From a candidate division WOR-3 bacterium (GTDB lineage Bacteria > Hydrothermota > Tepidihabitantia > Tepidihabitantales > Tepidihabitantaceae): a stretch of 64,000 nt of DNA. The notes under the pieces are model-generated. The model made no database searches. It worked only from the letters and a program-made list of their open reading frames with translations, and had not been told where the DNA came from. A program made the translations under genes and the position numbers. Within the stretch, counting starts at the first letter, position 1; every line of letters starts with the position of its first letter. Shown piece by piece: positions 47,509-55,402 of the stretch. The stretch covers positions 32,001 through 96,000 of the forward strand of contig CBFGIT010000010.1 in the NCBI GenBank assembly GCA_965648905.1, written 5' to 3'.

Positions 47509-49494
47509 ATGTATCTGGCTCGTGTCGAGATCACCAACTTCAGAATCTTCGGAGGCACCATCGGGAAGAACGGGGTGGTCGAGGCACCTGGGTTGGCGCT
47601 TGACCTTCGTCCCGGGTTGAATGCTCTTGTGGGCGGGAACGACTCGGGCAAGACCGCGTTTGTTGATGCAATCCGTGCCCTCCTGGGCATGACAAGCGAT
47701 GAGTCGTACCCTCTTTCCCGCGAAGACTTCCACGTCTCTTCCGAGGGACCCGCAAAGGACTTATGGATACAGGGCGAGTTCCGGGAATTGACCAACGACG
47801 AAGGAGCTGCCTTGCTTGAGTGGCTCTGCCTTTCCGAGGTAGGCGGCAGGAAGCAGCCCGTGTTGCGGCTGATCATGCACGCGCACCGGTTTGAGCTTGT
47901 CGACAGGACGAGTCGGTGGGACAAGGAGATTGAAATTGAGGTGAAGGCGGGAGCTACGTTCGAAACCGGCAAACGCATGCAAGGCAAGGCGCGGGAGTTA
48001 CTGCGGGCGACCTACCTGCGACCTCTACGTGACGCTGACCGCGAGCTTTCCGCTGGTCGCGGCTCGCGTCTATCCCAGATTCTGGCCGCCCACCCAGACT
48101 TCAAGAAGGGCGACCCGGGAAAGCCTCACCGTCTTGAGGAGATTGTGAGGAAGGCCGACACTGACGTACGCGGAGTAGCCTTGGTGAGGGCTGCCGTCAA
48201 AGACATCAACGAGGGCTACCTATCTCGACTCTCCATCCGGCAGAATCAGCTAGAAGCGGACATTCGCATGTCGCGCGTAGAGCTACGGAACATACTGGAG
48301 AGAATGGAGCTTCTGCTTCGGCCACCGAAGGGAATGCCCGACATGGGCGACCAGCGCTTCGACATTGAGCGCGGAATGGGATACACCAATCTGCTATTTA
48401 TGGCTGCGGAGCTCCTGCTACTTGATAAGCGTACCACGCCGGCCATCCCTCTCGTCTTGATTGAGGAGCCGGAGGCGCACCTGCATCCTCAGTTGCAGGT
48501 CCGGCTGATGGAGTTTCTGGAGGAGCGCTGCTGCCCCGGCCAGGATAGCAGTGACAAGCGGACGCAACGTTGCCCACAGGCCATCGTGACAACGCACAGT
48601 CCGAACCTGGCCTCCGCGGCTGATGTTGAGAGTCTCATTCTATTTGAGCACGGACACGCGTTCCCGATGGGGCACAGCGCGACGGCACTTGCCGAGGGCG
48701 ACTACGCTCATCTCCGACGTTTCCTGGACACTACCAAGGCCAACCTCTTCTTTGCGACTGGGGTGATGCTGGTCGAGGGCACGTCGGAGCAGATACTGGT
48801 TCCTGAGTTGGCCAAGATGCTGGGACGTCCGTTCGCCGAGTTCGGGGTTAGCGTAGTCACCGTGGGACACAAGGGTCTGTTCCGATATTCCAGGATATTC
48901 CAGCGCCTGCAGGGAGAAGCTCCGGACATCCGTGTGGCGTGCGTGATGGACACGGACGTCGCCTCGGACTGGAAGGTCGTTGACCCTGTCTACGGCAGAC
49001 CTGAGAAGACTACTGAGACGAACGTGGTCGAAGCCAAGAAGGAGAAACTGAAGAAGAGGTACAACGGCGGCCCTGTCCTTGCATTTGCTTCCACGCGCTG
49101 GACTCTGGAGCACGACCTGGCCTTGGCTGGCTTGGCCCAAGAGGTCTATGCCGCGGTGCTGCTTGCTCAAGACAGCGAGAACGCGTCCGAGGTTGGAGCT
49201 GAGCAAGTGACGCAGGCGTTGGAGAAAGCGAACGCAGAGCTAGATGTGTGGCAGAAGGACGGATTCACTCCCGATAGAACCGCGTGTCAGGTCTACGCGT
49301 ACCTGCTGGAGTCTGGTGTATCCAAGGCAGTCACTGCCGAACGTCTGGTGCAGATTCTCTGTCACGAAGTGGATGGTGACCGACTCGATGTAAATGCGCT
49401 GAAAGGAAAGCTCCCGGCCTACCTGATTGACGCTATCAACTACGTGACACGGGCAGACGCGAGCGCCCCCAAGACCGAGGAACCAATCAATTGA
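47509..49494 (+). CDS. OLD-family ATP-dependent nuclease (ABC ATPase + TOPRIM), GajA-like
   Basis: GGNDSGKT, IEEPEAHLHPQLQ, TTHSP, LVEGTSE, MDTD (DxD). Confidence 0.92.
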   Translation: MYLARVEITNFRIFGGTIGKNGVVEAPGLALDLRPGLNALVGGNDSGKTAFVDAIRALLGMTSDESYPLSREDFHVSSEGPAKDLWIQGEFRELTNDEGAALLEWLCLSEVGGRKQPVLRLIMHAHRFELVDRTSRWDKEIEIEVKAGATFETGKRMQGKARELLRATYLRPLRDADRELSAGRGSRLSQILAAHPDFKKGDPGKPHRLEEIVRKADTDVRGVALVRAAVKDINEGYLSRLSIRQNQLEADIRMSRVELRNILERMELLLRPPKGMPDMGDQRFDIERGMGYTNLLFMAAELLLLDKRTTPAIPLVLIEEPEAHLHPQLQVRLMEFLEERCCPGQDSSDKRTQRCPQAIVTTHSPNLASAADVESLILFEHGHAFPMGHSATALAEGDYAHLRRFLDTTKANLFFATGVMLVEGTSEQILVPELAKMLGRPFAEFGVSVVTVGHKGLFRYSRIFQRLQGEAPDIRVACVMDTDVASDWKVVDPVYGRPEKTTETNVVEAKKEKLKKRYNGGPVLAFASTRWTLEHDLALAGLAQEVYAAVLLAQDSENASEVGAEQVTQALEKANAELDVWQKDGFTPDRTACQVYAYLLESGVSKAVTAERLVQILCHEVDGDRLDVNALKGKLPAYLIDAINYVTRADASAPKTEEPIN

Positions 49495-51605
49495 GCGCGG
49501 CTGCATACGAAACACATGCTCGAATCGGCGGAAGCCCGGTCGAAGTCTGGGGTCCAGCTTTTCGGGTCTCGGCGGACGACATCCAGCACGTTCAGCATGA
49601 GTTTGGACCTCCTTACGACTTCAGGACGCGGGAACGCGAAGCCTTCCTGCAATCCATGAAAACCCAAGACGTCGTCGCCTGCGCCGGAAGCGGCAAGACG
49701 ACTCTCTTGGCCGCGAAGCTGGGGATACTTGCAGATAAGTGGCCGTTCTCACACCGAGGAATCGCGGTTCTGTCACATACGAACGCGGCGCGAGAGGTCG
49801 TCGAGGACAAGCTTTCGGCAGCCGAAGCCCATGACCTCACCAGCTATCCTCATTTCGTAGGCACCATTCAGAGCTTCGTTGACCGGTTCCTCGCCATCCC
49901 GGCCTGCATCGAGTACTTTGGACATCGGCCCACTCCCGACGACGACAAGCTGTGCCGTACCCTGCGGGGAATCTACGATCGTCGCCGGGGCGAACTCAAG
50001 GCAGCCGCAGTGCACGTGCGACAGCGATGCAAGAAGGACAGTCTCTACGCCGAGAGGTTCTTTCGCGGACTCCAGTACCAGTACAAGGGCGGCGACCTGT
50101 GGCTGCCGATAGTGAGAAAGTCCAAAGGCGGCAGGGCGCACTACCGGACTGAGTCGAACACCTATCGACAATTCTGCAGCATCAAGGAAGAAGCACAAAG
50201 CGCCGGCGTCTGGGGCTTCCGCGACATGTTCGCCCTGGCGGAGAAGTACATCGCGGACTGCCCGCGGGTCGCGGAGCTACTCAGATGGCGCTTCCCGCTC
50301 GTCTTCATTGATGAAATGCAGGACACATCGGCTGCGCAGTGGCGGCTGCTGGACTCGTTGTTCGGAGGTGATGTAGTCGTGCAGCGGCTTGGTGACCCGA
50401 ACCAGCAGATTCTGGCGGACGATGAAAACCCTGACGAAGAGACGACTGGGTCGGAGTTTCCTCGTAATGACTGCCTTACCCTACCGTACTCGCTCAGGCT
50501 GAGCCGCTCTATCGCCAAGCTCGCGCAGAGCGTTGCCGTGAGACAGACCGTCCTTGTCGGGTGCAGCAATCGCAGAGATGACCTGCCGCATACTGTGTTC
50601 CTGTTCGACAAGTCAAGCGTCTCACGCGTGCTGGAGGAGTATGCACGTCTTGTCCTCCGCGGTTTCACCGACGAAGACCTAGCCGACCATGAGAATAGAG
50701 TCGTGGCCATCGGCGCGGTGCAGCGTCGCGGAAGAGATGACACAAACTTCCCGTATTCGCTCTGCGACTACTGGGACAAGTACGAACCCAAGACAGAAGG
50801 TCCTGCCGAGAGGCTGGCGTGTCTCGGCGACTACGTGCTTGCCGGCGAGGACGAAATGCTCGCCGACGGCGATTGCGAGCACGTCCTGGACAGGATGATG
50901 GAAGGCCTTGCCGAACTCCTGCGCCGCAACGGTACACCGCATCCTCAATCGAAGAAGCCCTTCACCCTCTCGTCTTTGACCGACTTCCTACGGGAAACAC
51001 AAAGTGTGGAGTTCCTCGAAATGAAAGACGCCATGTTCAGGCGCTACCGGGCGGCAGAACGAGCCACGAGCGTGAACGTAGAGAAACTCAGCGAGTGGAC
51101 GCGCCGTTCACTCTTGGCGTTGACTGGCGGCAGGTGGAACAAGGAGGCGCGGGCGTTCCTGGAAGGCAAAGCAACACCGCGGATGAGTGGTCATGCTCCC
51201 ACGGGCACTTCCTCAAGTCTGCAGAACGAGTACGAGTACAAGGAGGAAGGACGGAGTGTGTCGGTTTCCGTGGGCACCATTCACTCGGAGAAGGGCAAGA
51301 CGCACCTGGCCACGTTGGTCCTACAAACCCACTGTTTTGAGCAGGACCTTCCTATCGTACTGCCTTGGATTGTCGGCAGGCGCGAGAGGAAGCCGAAGAT
51401 ACGCACGGCGATGCATGTTCGTCGTGCCCACGTCGCAATGACGCGGCCCAAGGAGCTGCTCTGCCTCGCCCTCTGCAAGGACACACTACCCGCTGGATTC
51501 GACACGTGCTGCCTCAATGCACGTGGCTGGCGCATCACCGACCTCACAACAGGACGGCCCGAGAGCGAGGAAGACCCCGTTAACGCAGGCGGCGATGACT
51601 CCTAG
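49491..51605 (+). CDS. UvrD-like helicase, GajB-like
   Basis: ACAGSGKTT, LSHTNAA, GTIQSF, IDEMQDT, GDPNQQI, TIHSEKG, HVAMTRPK. Confidence 0.9.
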   Translation: MSAAAYETHARIGGSPVEVWGPAFRVSADDIQHVQHEFGPPYDFRTREREAFLQSMKTQDVVACAGSGKTTLLAAKLGILADKWPFSHRGIAVLSHTNAAREVVEDKLSAAEAHDLTSYPHFVGTIQSFVDRFLAIPACIEYFGHRPTPDDDKLCRTLRGIYDRRRGELKAAAVHVRQRCKKDSLYAERFFRGLQYQYKGGDLWLPIVRKSKGGRAHYRTESNTYRQFCSIKEEAQSAGVWGFRDMFALAEKYIADCPRVAELLRWRFPLVFIDEMQDTSAAQWRLLDSLFGGDVVVQRLGDPNQQILADDENPDEETTGSEFPRNDCLTLPYSLRLSRSIAKLAQSVAVRQTVLVGCSNRRDDLPHTVFLFDKSSVSRVLEEYARLVLRGFTDEDLADHENRVVAIGAVQRRGRDDTNFPYSLCDYWDKYEPKTEGPAERLACLGDYVLAGEDEMLADGDCEHVLDRMMEGLAELLRRNGTPHPQSKKPFTLSSLTDFLRETQSVEFLEMKDAMFRRYRAAERATSVNVEKLSEWTRRSLLALTGGRWNKEARAFLEGKATPRMSGHAPTGTSSSLQNEYEYKEEGRSVSVSVGTIHSEKGKTHLATLVLQTHCFEQDLPIVLPWIVGRRERKPKIRTAMHVRRAHVAMTRPKELLCLALCKDTLPAGFDTCCLNARGWRITDLTTGRPESEEDPVNAGGDDS

Positions 51606-52323
51606 CCACGGCGTCGGACGGGGTCGATGCTGGGCGTACGCGCTGTACGCGGGCCTGGCAAGCATGCTGAGCCAGCTTGGTCATGTCTGGGTGTACGCCG
51701 CTCGCGGAGGACACGAACTGCGAACTTGGCGCAGCACCGTGATACCTATCAGCACCGGCATATGGGGCTCAGTCCTGTTTCTGCTGATGTCTGTCGCCGT
51801 CAGCCTGCGAGTGTTGCCTTCCCTGTATCGGCAGAAGCCCAGCGTCATGTTGACTTGGGGAATGGTCTACATGCTGGGCATGGGCTCACTGTCGCAGCTT
51901 GTCTTCTCCAGTCTGATGCGGGTGGCATACGAGGTTTCCTTCTACGCTGTCGTGGTAGCGTCGATGTTCGTGGTGCGGTTCTTCACGTCCGATAAGGCAC
52001 TGAGCATGAATCTGCAAGGTACGACTCACTCACAACGACTCTGGCACCTGGCGAGGACCCTCATTCCTGTCAGCGCGGCGTGGCCCGTTGCAGTTCTTGG
52101 CATCAGCATGATAAGGGACTTCTACCCGGGCGAACCGGAGGTAGCCAAGGCCCAGCTCTACAGGCACGCCATCATGGCCGTCCTCACGGTTGTTGGTTTG
52201 CTCGCGTTCGTTATCCTCCCGATTCTGGCCCGAATCGTGGAAAGCGAGGTGGGCGAGGCTGACGATGGAGTTGAGGAAGTGTCGACGAGACAGGCAGACA
52301 AAGACGATGCACGGCAAGCTTGA
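51595..52323 (+). CDS. Hypothetical polytopic membrane protein
   Basis: About 6 hydrophobic segments; overlaps the UvrD stop. Confidence 0.6.
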   Translation: MTPSHGVGRGRCWAYALYAGLASMLSQLGHVWVYAARGGHELRTWRSTVIPISTGIWGSVLFLLMSVAVSLRVLPSLYRQKPSVMLTWGMVYMLGMGSLSQLVFSSLMRVAYEVSFYAVVVASMFVVRFFTSDKALSMNLQGTTHSQRLWHLARTLIPVSAAWPVAVLGISMIRDFYPGEPEVAKAQLYRHAIMAVLTVVGLLAFVILPILARIVESEVGEADDGVEEVSTRQADKDDARQA

Positions 52324-52352
52324 GCTGACCTGGGTCGGGAAGGATGAGCGGC
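52306..52352 (+). repeat. Orphan duplicate of the first 47 bp of the mod gene
   Basis: GATGCACGGCAAGCTTGAGCTGACCTGGGTCGGGAAGGATGAGCGGC vs 53791-53837, 45/47 identical. Confidence 0.9.
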
Positions 52353-52354
52353 AA

Positions 52355-52402
52355 AGAGGAGTGAGGACTGAGGAACGAGGACTGAGGACTGAAGACGGAG
52401 GA
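52355..52402. repeat. 7-nt tandem repeat (NNGAGGA)
   Basis: AGAGGA GTGAGGA CTGAGGA ACGAGGA CTGAGGA CTGAAGA CGGAGGA. Confidence 0.8.
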
Positions 52403-52465
52403 AGCTGGACGATGAGCCGCGAGGCGGGAAGCCGAACTTGACCGTATGAACTTATAGGTTAATAT

Positions 52466-52846
52466 ATGCTGAGTCTCAGGCTCTTGGAGTCCGGGCCGGC
52501 CCGGGATGTCTACGCGCTGGCGGTCGGCGACCGGTGTGAGGTAACTCAGTTCATTGCCGGGCTTGACGTTCGGGCAAGGCAGCACCTGTTCCATGCCTTT
52601 GAGCGCCTGGCACAGACCGGATGGGCCGGGCAGAGTGGGACCGTGTTCAAGCGCTTGGTAGCCGACGTGTACGAAATCAAGGAGCACGTCTCGAACAGCC
52701 GGGTGTTCTGCTTCCTTGAGGGACGGCGCGTAGTCGTCTGTACCCATGCGCGTACGAAGCCGGCCGGTAAGGCCAGATACCGGGACGAGATTGAGAAAGT
52801 GAGGTCGTGGCGGGCGCGTTGCATCGCCGCAGGAGTACTATCATGA
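52466..52846 (+). CDS. RelE/ParE-superfamily (Gp49/HigB-like) toxin
   Basis: FKRLVADVYEIK...SRVFCF....VVVCTHA..K; toxin-first order ahead of an HTH gene; promoter TTGACC(52438)..TAATAT. Confidence 0.75.
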   Translation: MLSLRLLESGPARDVYALAVGDRCEVTQFIAGLDVRARQHLFHAFERLAQTGWAGQSGTVFKRLVADVYEIKEHVSNSRVFCFLEGRRVVVCTHARTKPAGKARYRDEIEKVRSWRARCIAAGVLS

Positions 52847-53277
52847 TTGAACGAGACAATTGGTATGAAGCACAGAGGGCGGAGTTCGACAACGACCCGG
52901 ACTACTGGGCCGAGGCACTGAAGCTCGACTTTGCCGAGGAGGTCGGGCGGTTGATGGAAGAGCAGAAGGTCAGCCGGGCCGAGCTGGCCCGCAGGCTTGG
53001 GACTTCTCCAGCCTACGTCACCAAGATTCTGCACTGGACCGCGAACCTGACCCTGCAGAGCATGTCCAAGATAGCCCTTGCGTTCGACTCCCGCGTCGTG
53101 CTTGCAGTGGCACCAAAGGACGCCCCGCTGGGAACAAGGCCCGCCCGAGCGCGGATTCCTGCCCGCCGCACGCGCCGGCACGAGTTCGCTGCCGCCGACC
53201 TTCCTACCCGCTCCGGGCGCAACGAGTTCATCGCGTCCGACAAACCTGTCCGCGCGAAGAAGAATAGCAAGGAATGA
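52843..53277 (+). CDS. XRE/HigA-like HTH antitoxin
   Basis: VSRAELARRLGTSPAYVTKIL...ANLTLQSMSKIALAF; ATGA overlap with the toxin gene. Confidence 0.82.
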   Translation: MIERDNWYEAQRAEFDNDPDYWAEALKLDFAEEVGRLMEEQKVSRAELARRLGTSPAYVTKILHWTANLTLQSMSKIALAFDSRVVLAVAPKDAPLGTRPARARIPARRTRRHEFAAADLPTRSGRNEFIASDKPVRAKKNSKE

Positions 53278-53314
53278 GGAGTGAGGAATGAGGAATGAGG
53301 AGTGAGGAACGAGG
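53271..53314. repeat. 7-nt tandem repeat 5' of the four-helix-bundle gene
   Basis: ATGAGGA GTGAGGA ATGAGGA ATGAGGA GTGAGGA ACGAGGA. Confidence 0.9.
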
Positions 53315-53671
53315 ATGAAGGAGAGGACGAAGGAGTTCGCTCTGAGGGTCGTTCGGCTCTACGCGTCGTTGCCCAAGTCCGTAATCGCCCAGACGCTGGG
53401 CAAGCAGGTACTGCGGTCTGGCACGTCGGTCGGCGCGCACTACCGGGAAGCAGTCCGCAGCCGGTCGGACGCCGAGTATATCAGCAAGGTAGAGGGCGCG
53501 TTGCAGGAGCTTGAGGAGACCGCGTACTGGCTCGAACTACTGGCCGACTCGGGAGCCTGCACGGCGGAGACCGTAGCGGCCCTGCGCCACGAGGCCGACG
53601 AGCTTACGGCCATGCTCGTAGCCTGCGCCAAGAAAGCGAAGGTGAAGAGAGGAATGAGGAGTGAGGAATGA
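53315..53671 (+). CDS. Four helix bundle protein (23S rRNA IVS protein / Avd-like family)
   Basis: RTKEFALRVVRLY..LP.....LGKQVLRSGTSVGAHYREA.RSRSDAEYISKVE.ALQELEETAYWLELL. Confidence 0.92.
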   Translation: MKERTKEFALRVVRLYASLPKSVIAQTLGKQVLRSGTSVGAHYREAVRSRSDAEYISKVEGALQELEETAYWLELLADSGACTAETVAALRHEADELTAMLVACAKKAKVKRGMRSEE

Positions 53672-53787
53672 GGAGTGAGGAATGAGGAGTGAGGAATGAG
53701 GAGTGAACAATGAGGAATGAGGACGAGAAAGCGAGGTGGCGAAGTCGGCGTTTCCTCTGTCTTCCATCCTCCATCTTCCTTCCTTTG
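53654..53787. repeat. 7-nt tandem repeat 3' of the four-helix-bundle gene plus a complementary-type pyrimidine tract
   Basis: About 10 units of (A/G)TGAGGA at 53654-53723; TTCCTCTG TCTTCCA TCCTCCA TCTTCCT TCCTTT at ~53752-53786. Confidence 0.85.
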
Positions 53788-53791
53788 GCTG

Positions 53792-55402
53792 ATGCGCGGC
53801 AAGCTTGAGTTGACCTGGGTCGGGAAGGATGAGCGGCCGAGGCTGGAGCCGCGCGTCCTTGTCGAGGACCCGTCCAAGTCCTACGGCGACCCCGCTTCGG
53901 AGAACATGCTCATCTTCGGCGACAACCTGCTCGCGCTCAAGGCGCTGGAGCAGGACTTCGCCGGCCGCATCAAGTGCATCTACATTGACCCGCCATTCAA
54001 CACCGGTCAGGCATTCGAGCACTACGAGGATGGCTTGGAGCACTCCATCTGGCTTTCCTTGATGCGCCAAAGACTTGAGGCACTACGGACGCTGCTCTCA
54101 GAAGATGGCACGATATTCATCCACATCGACGACAACGAGTTGGGGTACCTGCTGGTGCTAGCGGACGAGATCTTCGGCCGGACGAACCGAGCCTACGTGG
54201 TCACGTTCAAACAGGGGGCAGCGACCGGCCACAAGGCTATCAACCCAGGTTGCGTCAACACCTCAAACTTCGTGCTCATTTACGCGAAGCGCAAGGAGAA
54301 GTGGGCCTGCAACCGTGTTTTCACGGGGAGGGACAGGGACAGGCGGTATGGGCAGTTCATTGTGAACCGCGGAGAGCCGTATTCGAAGTGGCGTTTCACG
54401 ACCCTCCGCAAGGCGTTCGCGTCCGCGCACCCGGATGCGCCCAAAGATGACGAAGCCGAGTCTATACTCGACCAGTTTGTCCTTGACCACGCAGAGTCCG
54501 TCATTCAGCTGGCTCGTCCAAGCTATAAAGGTGTAGGCGCAGCTACGCGCAAGGTCATCGACGCGTCGGCCGCGGCTCCGCAGCGGGTCTTTTACTTGCA
54601 GCGGGAAGGCTACCCCGACATGTACTTCCTCAAAGGCATGCGCATCCTGTTCTACTCCGACAAGGTCAAGTACATAGATGGCCAGCCTGTCGCAGGTGAA
54701 CCGCTGACGACCATCTGGGATGACATCCTATCGAATAACCTACACCAGGAGGGAGGCGTGGTTCTGCCTAAGGGCAAGAAGCCCGAGGGCCTCATCAAGC
54801 GCGTTCTCGACCTTGCCACTCAGAGGGGCGAGTGGGTGCTGGACAGCTTCGGCGGCAGCGGGACAACCGCGGCCGTTGCACACAAGATGGGCAGACGGTG
54901 GATCACGGTCGAGCTCGGTGAGCAGTGTGATACCCTCATAGTGCCAAGGCTGCGGCGTGTCATCGACGGCGCGGACGACAGCGGCGTTACCAAGGCCGTG
55001 GGCTGGAAGGGCGGAGGCGGGTTCAAGTATTATCGGCTGGCCGAGACGCTCCTGGTACGGGACCCTGATTTGTCGGCCAAGGGGCATCCGGTCTACATCA
55101 TCAATCCGCGCTACGATGAGAAGATGCTGATTCGGGCCATCTGCAAGATTGAGGGGTTCCGGTATCGGAATGAGGGCCGGTTGCATGGGGTGTCGAGCGA
55201 GAACCGGTTCCTGCACGTGACCACGCAACTGCTGACGCAGGGTTACCTCGATTCGCTGGCCTCAGACCTGCGCCTTGGGCAGTCCCTCCTAGTCTACTGC
55301 ACGCGCCGAAGTCGAAACCTGGCCGTGCCGGACAACATCGAGGTCAAGAAGATTCCCCGCGACCTCCTCGCCAAGTGCGACTATGAGGAGGACAAACGAT
55401 GA
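53792..55402 (+). CDS. Type III restriction-modification DNA methyltransferase (Mod)
   Basis: KLELTWVGK, GDNLLALKAL, IYIDPPFNTG (DPPF), KKPEGLIKR, VLDSFGGSGTT. Confidence 0.93.
   Translation: MRGKLELTWVGKDERPRLEPRVLVEDPSKSYGDPASENMLIFGDNLLALKALEQDFAGRIKCIYIDPPFNTGQAFEHYEDGLEHSIWLSLMRQRLEALRTLLSEDGTIFIHIDDNELGYLLVLADEIFGRTNRAYVVTFKQGAATGHKAINPGCVNTSNFVLIYAKRKEKWACNRVFTGRDRDRRYGQFIVNRGEPYSKWRFTTLRKAFASAHPDAPKDDEAESILDQFVLDHAESVIQLARPSYKGVGAATRKVIDASAAAPQRVFYLQREGYPDMYFLKGMRILFYSDKVKYIDGQPVAGEPLTTIWDDILSNNLHQEGGVVLPKGKKPEGLIKRVLDLATQRGEWVLDSFGGSGTTAAVAHKMGRRWITVELGEQCDTLIVPRLRRVIDGADDSGVTKAVGWKGGGGFKYYRLAETLLVRDPDLSAKGHPVYIINPRYDEKMLIRAICKIEGFRYRNEGRLHGVSSENRFLHVTTQLLTQGYLDSLASDLRLGQSLLVYCTRRSRNLAVPDNIEVKKIPRDLLAKCDYEEDKR

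Noticed and set aside
52355..53723. CRISPR array
   Set aside because: Repeats are contiguous 7-mers with no unique spacers, and there are no cas genes
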